Part shown: positions 7,573 to 16,185 of the stretch, one piece after another
How positions within the stretch are numbered: position 1 is the first letter of the stretch
Layout of the letters: every line of letters begins with the position of its first letter
NCBI GenBank assembly: GCA_049423385.1
Contig: JBMSQQ010000069.1
Location: forward strand, 1 to 17,793
From: Silvanigrellaceae bacterium
GTDB lineage: Bacteria > Bdellovibrionota_B > Oligoflexia > Silvanigrellales > Silvanigrellaceae
DNA length: 17,793 bases
Direction of reading: 5' to 3'
Position numbers and translations under genes: made by a program
Notes under the pieces: generated by a model
Databases searched by the model: none
Seen by the model: the letters and a program-made list of their open reading frames with translations, nothing else
Told to the model about the DNA's origin: nothing

Positions 7573-10400
7573 GGACGCACCAGCCCCGAGGATTCCGCCA
7601 CGTCCAAAAGACACGCTGCGAGCTGATCCCTGGCAAGGTCGTAGTCGGCTGAATTTCGACTCCAATGTGTGGCGCTGACCACCGCATTGAATCTTGCTTT
7701 CACGCTTTCAAAGCATTCGGGATTGTGTTTTTTGGCCAGCAATAGATATTCGGCATCAAAGGACGCCTGTCGCCAGTATTTCAGGCGCAGGGAAGGCACA
7801 GGGACGTGATCCGAAAGTCCATGTTCACCAGGACGGCCCGGATAAAAAAGTGTTCCATCGCCGTTTCCGCTGAAGTCCCAAACGTTTTCCCAAACATTTG
7901 TCGTCTTGGCCTTTCGCCAGATGTTGTTGACGCTGTAATAAAGTATGCGCTTCAGGCCATAGTGGCTTGCCATCCATGGCCACACACGTATGTAGGAAGC
8001 ATTTCTTTCAATCACAAAGTCGGGCTCACCGCTCGACCTGTCGTTGCCACAGCCATGGCTCATGCAGCTCACATACGCCCACAGCTCATTGTCGGGACCA
8101 AGATCAGGTGGACCTTCACGGTCCAAAATCTGAAGCAATGGAGCAAAGATTTGAATGGAATCCACAAGACTCTGCCACGGATAAATCGTAACCAAGGATG
8201 AAACAGAAGGTGAGCCAAGCCTGAGACTTTCGGCAACTTCGCTCAAAGACAAAAGATCTTCCTGGGTGGGCTCATCCCAAAGGTAAACAATCGGATCTTT
8301 CGCCATGCGTCTTTGCAACTCTGCCTCTTTCAAGTCTTCTGCCGAGCCATCCAAAAATTCCTGCCAGCGCCTCCAGTAGCGAAGCCTTTCAGCAGGTTCC
8401 TTGCTGTCGATGCGTGGAAGATCGACAGCAGCCCAGTGCGGGAGCTCGCTCACCACCGTGTCGCCATAAGACATTCCAGGTTGAGGATCCCGGCTCAGCA
8501 AAAAGCTCCCGCTCAGCTGTTCTTCCAGTTTCTTGAACGGATGTTTGATCCAAGCCTTGAGCGGCAGAACGCGGTGCTGGACCATCGAACGCACATATGC
8601 GCGCGTCAGCGGGCCTTCCTGCTCGGTCGACTTGCCAAAATGCGCCAATGAGGCAAACCAAGGGGTAAATTCCGAAGACAACGGCAACGCCCATGGCTCA
8701 GACATGCGATAGGGCAAAACCATCAAATGGAACCGCCAGCGCCGGAACCCTGTTGGCAACTGTTCTCCATTTTCTGGTGGATGCATTGCACTTTCAATTG
8801 TGAAGGTGGTCTTGCCCGGGGGTGAATCCGGATCAATTGTCAAATCTGCAAACAGCCAGTCGACTTTCCCACCCTCCAAGGGCACGCAATCAATGGCGCG
8901 ATTCACGGGAACCAGAGCATCAATATAATTGCCCGTTTTCGCACCTTCATATGAGGGATTTCGAACAGAAATCGACAGTCCGCGATACCATTGCAAGTTG
9001 GGCTTGTGCGCTTCATTCGCACCGACAAGCTTGGGCAGCGACCCGCAGAATCCTTCATTTTTAAGAGTCAACAGGCGAGTCTCACCGGGAAACACAAATA
9101 CATCGAATTCCTCTGCGTAGCTTTCGCTTTGAAGATATTCGGGTCGCTCAAGGGCAAGCGTCAGACTCTGCTGTGCGTGGGCAATCGACGAAGAAGAAAG
9201 CAGGACAACGGGCAGCACCACCAACGCGAGCGAACGAACGGCGTTTGCAATGACACCCTCGGCAGCGTGATAAACATCTTTGTATTTGTTGACCATGGCC
9301 GCAAGACCAAATTGTCGGCGAAAGGCATCTCGATGCAGCCAGTCATTGAAGCGCTCATACGGAGTTGCAGAACCATGTTCCTTGAGGAATCCGGCAAGGC
9401 ATTGCTGATCGTCTTGCATGGTCGTGGCAAATGGCATCAGTGCCCGGTGCCCTTCGATGTCTGAGATCAAAACCGGCAAACCAGCACCCACTGCTTCGCA
9501 CGCAGCCAAAGGCATTCCTTCCTGCTCCGACAGAGAGACAAAAGCGTCTGCCGCAAAATGCCAAAGCTCGGGAAACGCCGTGGGACCAACAAACACTGGA
9601 GAAGGCAATTCCTCGTTGGCGGCAGAGAGCAAGGGATCCAGGGCACGCTTGAAAAACGAAGAATCCACAGGCCCCACTATCAACAAACACCAATTTTCCC
9701 TGAGCGACTGGGGCAGATGCAGCCACATTTCCAACAGACGTTCTATTCCCTTTCCCTGAACAACCCGACCCAGAGCCATCAGCCAGCGCTTGCTGGAGGC
9801 AGCCTCAACCGTGACCCTCAGTTCCTTCGACATGCGATCCATCAGCCAGCGTCGGGCGCGGCCTTTCTCAATGAAATTCTCAGCAAACGAGACACCATTG
9901 GGAAGTGTGATCAATTTCCGGGAATTGATCCCCAGAGCGCGATATGTCTCGGCCAGCCCTTCCGAAACCGTGCAGACCTTTTTGGCAAAGGCAGTAAAGA
10001 TTCGTTCATAAAGGGCGTATCTCTTCTTGCCCTTTCGAAAATGAACGAAGCTGTGCTGGGTGTGAACAAGACGAATCCGAAACGCGGATAAAACCACAAC
10101 CATTGCGCCGTAGATCAAGGCACCCAAATCGTGACTGTGAATGATGTCGATTTGCCGCGCCCGTGCCATTTTCGAAATGCGCAACAGGGTTCCAAAACAA
10201 AATCCTGGCCGCTTCTGCATAAGGACGATTTCCACACCGGCGGATTCAAGTTCACCCACAAGCCGTGCATCCACGCCAGCTGTCTCGTAAGCCACAACGC
10301 AACACTCAACGCCCTCGCGAGATAACCCACGGGCCAATGAAACCATCATTCTCTCGAGCCCACCCAGGGCAAGATATTGGCTCAACAACAAAACATTCAT
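7569..10400 (-). CDS. GT4 glycosyltransferase fused via a signal-peptide-like segment to a DUF4091/GH123-like glycoside hydrolase domain, 943 aa
   Basis: ATG at 10400 has GAGGT upstream and an ATGA overlap. GT4 region: LGGLERM, DIIHSH, LVHTQH, LPNGV, LGRVVQGKG and the EX7E motif EGMPLAACE. Residues ~389-409 are RSLALVVLPVVLLSSSSIAHA. C-terminal region: YLWDEP, WAYVSCMSHGC, GNGDGTLFYPG, PSLRLKYWRQASFDAEYL, which resemble DUF4091 proteins. Confidence 0.82.
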   Translation of the reverse strand: MNVLLLSQYLALGGLERMMVSLARGLSREGVECCVVAYETAGVDARLVGELESAGVEIVLMQKRPGFCFGTLLRISKMARARQIDIIHSHDLGALIYGAMVVVLSAFRIRLVHTQHSFVHFRKGKKRYALYERIFTAFAKKVCTVSEGLAETYRALGINSRKLITLPNGVSFAENFIEKGRARRWLMDRMSKELRVTVEAASSKRWLMALGRVVQGKGIERLLEMWLHLPQSLRENWCLLIVGPVDSSFFKRALDPLLSAANEELPSPVFVGPTAFPELWHFAADAFVSLSEQEGMPLAACEAVGAGLPVLISDIEGHRALMPFATTMQDDQQCLAGFLKEHGSATPYERFNDWLHRDAFRRQFGLAAMVNKYKDVYHAAEGVIANAVRSLALVVLPVVLLSSSSIAHAQQSLTLALERPEYLQSESYAEEFDVFVFPGETRLLTLKNEGFCGSLPKLVGANEAHKPNLQWYRGLSISVRNPSYEGAKTGNYIDALVPVNRAIDCVPLEGGKVDWLFADLTIDPDSPPGKTTFTIESAMHPPENGEQLPTGFRRWRFHLMVLPYRMSEPWALPLSSEFTPWFASLAHFGKSTEQEGPLTRAYVRSMVQHRVLPLKAWIKHPFKKLEEQLSGSFLLSRDPQPGMSYGDTVVSELPHWAAVDLPRIDSKEPAERLRYWRRWQEFLDGSAEDLKEAELQRRMAKDPIVYLWDEPTQEDLLSLSEVAESLRLGSPSVSSLVTIYPWQSLVDSIQIFAPLLQILDREGPPDLGPDNELWAYVSCMSHGCGNDRSSGEPDFVIERNASYIRVWPWMASHYGLKRILYYSVNNIWRKAKTTNVWENVWDFSGNGDGTLFYPGRPGEHGLSDHVPVPSLRLKYWRQASFDAEYLLLAKKHNPECFESVKARFNAVVSATHWSRNSADYDLARDQLAACLLDVAESSGLVRP

Positions 10401-11146
10401 GCCAAAACCTCGCGCTCAACAAGTCGTCGAACGACGCGCGCAGGATTGCCGGCGATAATGCTTCTTGGAGGATATTCACCACTGGTCACCACACTACCAC
10501 TGGCGACAATGCAACCGTCTCCCACACGAGCACCCTTGAGAATTGTGCAATTTGCACCCAGCCAAACATCGTCACCTATGAGCACCGGATCAGTCGGTGC
10601 AATCCAGCGGGTCTCGCTCTCCTGTTCAGAAAGCTCCTGGGTGTCGCCAAACTTTGGGTAAAACTTTCGGCAAATCGACTTCACCTGTTCGCCCCGCAGG
10701 GAAGGGTCAAGCGGATGAGGATCGTTGTCCTGGATAAAGACATTCCAGCTGGTCAGAACCCGATTGCCTATAACAACCAACTCACGCGCCGATATCCTGC
10801 AGTCGCCAATCACCCCGCACTGGCCAATGCGAATGCAGCCATGACCCAATGCCTCCAGACGTGAATGTTCGTATAGAATAGAGTCATCGCCAATTTCGAT
10901 GCGGGAGTGACTTCCAATTCTCACCAACGACCGCAGCCGCTGGATGCGTACATTCCGACCCAACAGAAGACCTTTTCTATGGAGAGGTGAAATTCTCATC
11001 ACAAGATTGCTGATCCAAAACATGAGAAAATTTCTGGTCATGGCTGGAACGAGCAAAAGATGGCTACGGATGGCTCTGCCGACAAGGTCGAAAAAAGTTC
11101 TGGCCTGATGAAATCTTTTGCCGACTTTTTTTTCAGTCAACTCCAT
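10397..11146 (-). CDS. Hexapeptide-repeat (left-handed beta-helix) O-acyltransferase, maltose/galactoside acetyltransferase-like, 249 aa
   Basis: ATG at 11146 follows GAGGAGGACGAGGTGAG and overlaps the GT2 gene by 10 bp. Motifs: IEIGDDSIL, VVIGNRVLTSWNVFIQDNDPHPLD, PVLIGDDVWLGANCTILKGARVGDGCIVASGSVVT, IIAGNPARVVR. Confidence 0.92.
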   Translation of the reverse strand: MELTEKKVGKRFHQARTFFDLVGRAIRSHLLLVPAMTRNFLMFWISNLVMRISPLHRKGLLLGRNVRIQRLRSLVRIGSHSRIEIGDDSILYEHSRLEALGHGCIRIGQCGVIGDCRISARELVVIGNRVLTSWNVFIQDNDPHPLDPSLRGEQVKSICRKFYPKFGDTQELSEQESETRWIAPTDPVLIGDDVWLGANCTILKGARVGDGCIVASGSVVTSGEYPPRSIIAGNPARVVRRLVEREVLA

Positions 11147-12261
11147 CTCACCTCGTCCTCCTCGTTTCGACCTCGGCCCAGGAAAGTCCTGATCGCCAAC
11201 CACGACGCAGCAAATGCCGGCTGCCGCGACAGGGCAATCACCGGGACGACAGACACAATCAGGGTCACCAATGCAAATGCCGGGTTCCGAGTCAGAATGG
11301 TGTATTCCCACGCCGCGATATTCATCGACGCAATCAAAGACAAAGGAATCACGCACCAGAACAACCGAACCGCACGTCTGAGGGAAATCAAGAGTACAAG
11401 TGGACTCCATTCCCACATGACGGGTACAAGGTGACCGATCCATTGAAGGTTTCCACGCGCAATTCTTTTTCTTGCAAAAACCTCTGCCGGACCCAGACGC
11501 AGCGAAGTGTCCTGAACAGAAAATCCACCCTCTTGATTCTGTGCATAAACGATTCTTTTTTCAGGCGAGACAATGCGCAGGGCCATTGGAATCACCACAT
11601 CGTCGTTGATCCACTCCCGCCCTTCCAAAAGTGTCAGTGCCTCGAGAAGGTCCTTCCTTCGATAAAAGACTGTTGCGCCATGTACAGAAACAGGACCCCC
11701 GGATTTGTTTTCAAGACATTTCAAAAACGCCTCAAGTCGCCAGTAGGCTCGTGCAAGCAGACCAGCATTGAGTGTTTGATAGCGCGGGGCAACGCACATG
11801 TTTTCGGCGCGTTCAAACAGGGGATGACAATTGCGCAATAAACGCGGATCCCAAACGGTTCCTGCATCAACCAACGCAACCCAGTCGGCTGTGCTTGCCG
11901 AAACAAGACTGCGCAGAACCTTCCACTTTGACTTGTATGAAAAGGCCATGGCTTTCAGCCGGAATCCATGAGTATCGAGAACTGTGTTGTCGGAACAAGC
12001 GTCAAGACCCACACTCACGTTCACATTGAGATCCGGAAACAATCTGTTTGCATTCCGGATCGCCGTGACAACCGATTTCAGGGTTTCTCTCAGCCTTCCT
12101 TCTTCATTGTGGCAAGGAATAAGCACATCCAGAGAATGAACTTGTTCCAAAACTTCGTCCGTCGGGTTTCTTCCGCGAACAAACAATTGCGAGATGATCG
12201 GAAAAAAGAAGACAGCAAGAAGCAAGACAAAGAACCCAATCAGGAAGGACATCCACCACAT
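11137..12261 (-). CDS. Membrane-anchored GT2 glycosyltransferase (CESA-like subgroup), 374 aa
   Basis: GGAGG ribosome-binding site before ATG 12261. N-terminal TM helix, then VLIPCHNEE, LDACSDNT, ALVDAG, VHGATVFYRR, INDDVVIP, RKRIARGNLQ and C-terminal TM helices. Confidence 0.9.
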   Translation of the reverse strand: MWWMSFLIGFFVLLLAVFFFPIISQLFVRGRNPTDEVLEQVHSLDVLIPCHNEEGRLRETLKSVVTAIRNANRLFPDLNVNVSVGLDACSDNTVLDTHGFRLKAMAFSYKSKWKVLRSLVSASTADWVALVDAGTVWDPRLLRNCHPLFERAENMCVAPRYQTLNAGLLARAYWRLEAFLKCLENKSGGPVSVHGATVFYRRKDLLEALTLLEGREWINDDVVIPMALRIVSPEKRIVYAQNQEGGFSVQDTSLRLGPAEVFARKRIARGNLQWIGHLVPVMWEWSPLVLLISLRRAVRLFWCVIPLSLIASMNIAAWEYTILTRNPAFALVTLIVSVVPVIALSRQPAFAASWLAIRTFLGRGRNEEDEVRWS

Positions 12262-12320
12262 GGAACCTCCAGCATGTTCGTTTGAGCTGTTCTCAAGTCA
12301 GTTTCATTGGCTTTTTTCGT

Positions 12321-13553
12321 CTATTTCCTTTTCATCCGAATCGGATAGTGAGCGCCTGTGAAGGTTGAAAGGCCCCATCCTCGAATCTCGCATCGGCCCC
12401 AAGGGTTCCTTTCAGCGAGCAGCCTCCAACCCAAAGGGACGTTCATCTGCATGTTGATGAAGGTCAGACGGCCTGAATGTTCGTTGTATCTGCCAAACGA
12501 AAACGGCAGACGCAGGACCCCCTCGTCGCTAGCAAAGACTGCAGCAAGTTGACGCGGCCCGATTCGCTCAATTGTGAACTGACCCTCAAGGTCAGCCAGA
12601 CTCATTCGATAGTTGCCCAGCAGTTCCTCTTCAGTGCAAGGCTTGTTGCTTACGACGTCTACTTTAATCAGACGGCGAGCCTTGATGTGGATTTTTTTGA
12701 ATTCGAGCGGATCAAGCATGGTTCCTTCCACGCTTGAAAAGCTTTCATCGAATTTGAGTTGAAGGACCGAGGGCACTGCAGATCCAAACGACTGTCTGCT
12801 GCCGAGCCACTGGGGACTTTCGTTGAAGGAGAGCTTTTGAAAAGTTGTTGGTCTCAGGGTGGGGTGACTCAAAGAAGCCACAACACCGAGGTCTCCACCC
12901 GTGGAGAACAACACCAGACGAAGGTTTTCAACGTCTTCACTCAAAGGCCCGTCAATGCTGGTCAGAAGAAAAACACCTTCCCAACCATCGACCACCTCAA
13001 GAAGTTGCGTCGATAGAGCACTACCTAGCTGAAGCGCCTGCCGTGCAACGTAATCGGCATCTTTGAGATCCATGCTGACGGCTTCTGCATTGCGGGCAAA
13101 GCAAACCAGCTCCTTGATGGCCTGGTGATCCTGAAGAGCCTCAACTCTCCGCAAAAAGAAGTCGAGCGCCGCGAAACGTTGGGATTCTCCTGCCAACTCG
13201 GAATAACCGCTGCTCAGCCGCTTGCAGTCGCGCCAGACCCACTGCACCAACAAAAACACGCTCTGGTCGCGCAATGCCTTGGTTTCGCGTAGCACGTAAT
13301 CTTCATCATTCACCTTCTGAACCAGCTCAACAGCTGCGCGGGCAAATTCAAGAAGATTGTTGAGCTTGGCCTCGGCCTTCTCCCTTGAGAATTCTTGCCT
13401 GAGTTTGCTGACCAGCTGAAACCTATAGGATTGGTTCTTGCTCTCCATGGTCTTCAGCTCGGCTGCGACGTCGCAAATAGGTAAATCGCAGCCCAGGGCT
13501 GTCGCTGTGAACATCAGACCCGGGAGTGCAGCACAGAGCGCGACCAGCCTCAT
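12321..13553 (-). CDS. Secreted hypothetical protein with an internal helical repeat, 410 aa
   Basis: GAGGT ribosome-binding site before ATG 13553. Signal-peptide-like N-terminus MRLVALCAALPGLMFTATALG followed by CDLPIC. Long ORF filling the gap between the kinase and GT2 genes. No family recognised. Confidence 0.8.
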   Translation of the reverse strand: MRLVALCAALPGLMFTATALGCDLPICDVAAELKTMESKNQSYRFQLVSKLRQEFSREKAEAKLNNLLEFARAAVELVQKVNDEDYVLRETKALRDQSVFLLVQWVWRDCKRLSSGYSELAGESQRFAALDFFLRRVEALQDHQAIKELVCFARNAEAVSMDLKDADYVARQALQLGSALSTQLLEVVDGWEGVFLLTSIDGPLSEDVENLRLVLFSTGGDLGVVASLSHPTLRPTTFQKLSFNESPQWLGSRQSFGSAVPSVLQLKFDESFSSVEGTMLDPLEFKKIHIKARRLIKVDVVSNKPCTEEELLGNYRMSLADLEGQFTIERIGPRQLAAVFASDEGVLRLPFSFGRYNEHSGRLTFINMQMNVPLGWRLLAERNPWGRCEIRGWGLSTFTGAHYPIRMKRK

Positions 13554-13752
13554 AGATACCTCGACTGCATTCGATCGTGGATCAACCAGGCACTTTTCAC
13601 AGAAGACTCGCTGCAAATTCTGCGAACTCGTTTAGATCTTGTCTTGGGGCAAAACTTTTCTCTTCGAACGGATGTGACGGCCAGACCGCAGGACTGCAAG
13701 GCGACCGACGAAAATGATTATTCGACAAGCTGCTTCGATTTCGAAGTGCTCT

Positions 13753-16185
13753 CTAAGTCGAATTCTGAATCGCCGAGAGAATGTCCTCCCAACTCGCATT
13801 TTTTTCCAACCGAGCGCTTATGCCTGCCGAACGCAGGCTCTGCTCAGAAATCTCTGCATCGGTCAGCAAAACGATGGGACGTGAATATTCCAATGCACGA
13901 AGGTCTGCAGCCAGTCGAAGACCTGTGAATTCGCTACCGGCGGCAAAATAATGATCTGTGATCACCAAATCATATTGCGAAAGCGCATTGGGATTGTCGT
14001 GCAATTTTTCAAGCCATACCTGAGGCGAAGAATGGCTTTCCACTTCAGCTCGACCCTTCAATCGCGATTTGAAGACATAGAGCATGAATTCCGAATCATC
14101 GATGTGGGCAACCCTGAGTTTTCGCGCACTGCTTGACTGGACTTCTCCAGACTTGATGGTCTTCGCTCCCAACGCCTCTGCCAACAGCTTGATGAGATGA
14201 CTGCGCCCCATCGGCTTTGGCAAAATGATATCAGCACCGGCAGCGACTGCAGCCTTGTTGTCCCGGGCGGAGAGCCTGTTGGAATGAACGCAAACGAGTC
14301 CCTGAAAACCTGCCGCGCGTGTCCGACGGATGAGCTCGAATCCATCCACTTCGCCCGCACCAAGGTCGAGATCCAGGATCAAAAGTCGCACTCCAGACAA
14401 ATGCTCCACCAATCCTTCAATGCTCATCTTTTGCAGGGTTTTGAAATTCAATCTGGCTGAGACATCAGGCAACGATGCCATGATGCCGAGAAGGCTGTCG
14501 AGGTAAACCTGTTCATCATCCACGGCAAGAACAACCGGCGGTTCAGTGCCCGCAAGCAAACGTTCCTGAATCTTTTCGATAAGCCGCGAGTCGTCCTCAT
14601 AGACATTCTCCCCTGAAGACTGCGCAGCTGGCTTTATGATGCTGACGAACTCTTTTGAATGAAAGGGCAAAGCTTTTGCTGCATCCAAGTCTTGCTCTGA
14701 AGAAATCGGGAGAGTGAACACGAACTCGACTTTACCTTTTGGAAAATGAACATTCTTGAAAGACTCACAGCGAATCTGTCCGCCATGCAGCTCGACAATC
14801 TTCTTGACGATGGCAAGTCCAAGGCCCGTGCCCCCTTCCTTGTTCGCGGTGTAGAAAAGATCAAACAGTCGTTGTCGGGCATCCTCAGTGATGAAAGATC
14901 CAGAATTGGAAATACATATTTCCAGCTTTTCAGAAGTTTCATTCGTGCTGATGGAAATTTGATCACCATCGGGCATCGCCTGTATGGCGTTCTCGAGGAT
15001 ATTCAAAATAACTCGACCCATATGAACCGAGTCAACCAACACCTTTTTTCGATGTGAAAAATTATAATTCAAGAGGATATGACGCTCAGGATAAAGACCA
15101 AATGCCTCACGCAACGAATCTCCCACAAGCGTCCGCACCGACAGTGGCGCAGTGTTGAGCTTCGTTTCGCCACCCATCTGCATCACGTCGCGAATCATCA
15201 CATCGACTTTCTTCATTGCCAGGTTTATTTCGGGAATGGCACGAAAGAATATCTCGCGAGCCTGCACAATGTCGGATGTCGACTGGACCGCCTCAATCAA
15301 TGCCTTGAACATCGAAAACGGCTTGCGCACGTCGTGGGCAAAGGCCTGTGTCGATCGTGCAATCGCACCTTGTGCGGTAGACAATTCAAGAACATCCAAA
15401 TAACTCTGCAATGATGTTCGCAGTGACGAAAGCTCGAGAGTCTCTTCCTCGGCATTGGTGCGCAAAGATTCCCGCACTTTCTGAACCGCTTCGTCACTCG
15501 TCTCCTGAGCCTGACGCATCAACGCGGTCAGCCGGAGCAGAGGATTGACCTGCTGCCGGCTCGCGTAAAATACCGCAAGACCAGTTCCAACTGCAGCAAG
15601 CACACCAAAGCCAACAAATGCCAGGGTAAAGTTCAATGCTGTGTTGCGGGCACCTTGTGGTGCAATTGCCACCCTCAACTGAGCACAAGCTGACGACTGT
15701 TCCGGACACGACACCGGAAAACCCACCAGCAACACTTCATCGCCTGCCTGTAGTTTGACTTTGAACTTGGATGCCAGAACCTCATCCGCAATAAACGGCA
15801 AAGCCACCTGTTGCGTGAAGTCGATTGGCAATTCGGGCTCCCAAGATTGTTTTGCCTTGCCCACCTCGCCCGAATTGACTCCCTCGATGCCTACATCAAT
15901 GAGGCCATTGTTTCTGACGATGTAGCTGTAAATGATGTTGGGGCTTTCAGAAAGAAAGCGTTGTTGGGTTTCCAAATGAAGAAGATTGTCCTGCTGATAG
16001 AAATATCCCAGCGTCCAGGTTGTGAAGCGCTCTGCGTAACTTCGCGCTTCAGCAATAAGCTGCTTCTCCAAAAGGTTCTTTTGATAGACACCAAAAAATG
16101 ATGCGGAAAGGGTTATGAAGCCAGCACCAATCAGTGACGCAATGAGGGCTATCCGTCCGGGCAGAGATCGGGTCAGCATTTTCAT
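13753..16185 (-). CDS. Membrane-bound hybrid sensor histidine kinase with two C-terminal receiver domains, 810 aa
   Basis: ATG at 16185 overlaps the upstream stop (ATGA). Two TM helices flank an extracytoplasmic region of roughly 170 aa. H-box FAHDVRKPF, N-box LNILENAIQAM, F/G2 boxes FDLFYTANKEGGTGLGLAIV. REC1: AVDDE, LILDLDLG, HSN, PKP. REC2: HIDDS, VITDHYF, LLTD, EKN. Confidence 0.93.
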   Translation of the reverse strand: MKMLTRSLPGRIALIASLIGAGFITLSASFFGVYQKNLLEKQLIAEARSYAERFTTWTLGYFYQQDNLLHLETQQRFLSESPNIIYSYIVRNNGLIDVGIEGVNSGEVGKAKQSWEPELPIDFTQQVALPFIADEVLASKFKVKLQAGDEVLLVGFPVSCPEQSSACAQLRVAIAPQGARNTALNFTLAFVGFGVLAAVGTGLAVFYASRQQVNPLLRLTALMRQAQETSDEAVQKVRESLRTNAEEETLELSSLRTSLQSYLDVLELSTAQGAIARSTQAFAHDVRKPFSMFKALIEAVQSTSDIVQAREIFFRAIPEINLAMKKVDVMIRDVMQMGGETKLNTAPLSVRTLVGDSLREAFGLYPERHILLNYNFSHRKKVLVDSVHMGRVILNILENAIQAMPDGDQISISTNETSEKLEICISNSGSFITEDARQRLFDLFYTANKEGGTGLGLAIVKKIVELHGGQIRCESFKNVHFPKGKVEFVFTLPISSEQDLDAAKALPFHSKEFVSIIKPAAQSSGENVYEDDSRLIEKIQERLLAGTEPPVVLAVDDEQVYLDSLLGIMASLPDVSARLNFKTLQKMSIEGLVEHLSGVRLLILDLDLGAGEVDGFELIRRTRAAGFQGLVCVHSNRLSARDNKAAVAAGADIILPKPMGRSHLIKLLAEALGAKTIKSGEVQSSSARKLRVAHIDDSEFMLYVFKSRLKGRAEVESHSSPQVWLEKLHDNPNALSQYDLVITDHYFAAGSEFTGLRLAADLRALEYSRPIVLLTDAEISEQSLRSAGISARLEKNASWEDILSAIQNST

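Noticed and set aside
11147..11443. N-terminal extension of the acyltransferase ORF (track start 11443)
   Set aside because: It overlaps the GT2 C-terminus out of frame. A strong ribosome-binding site precedes ATG 11146.
12279..12297. Small inverted repeat TTGAG-N5-CTCAA between the secreted-protein gene and GT2
   Set aside because: The 5-bp stem has no following U-tract on the coding strand, too weak to call a terminator or operator.
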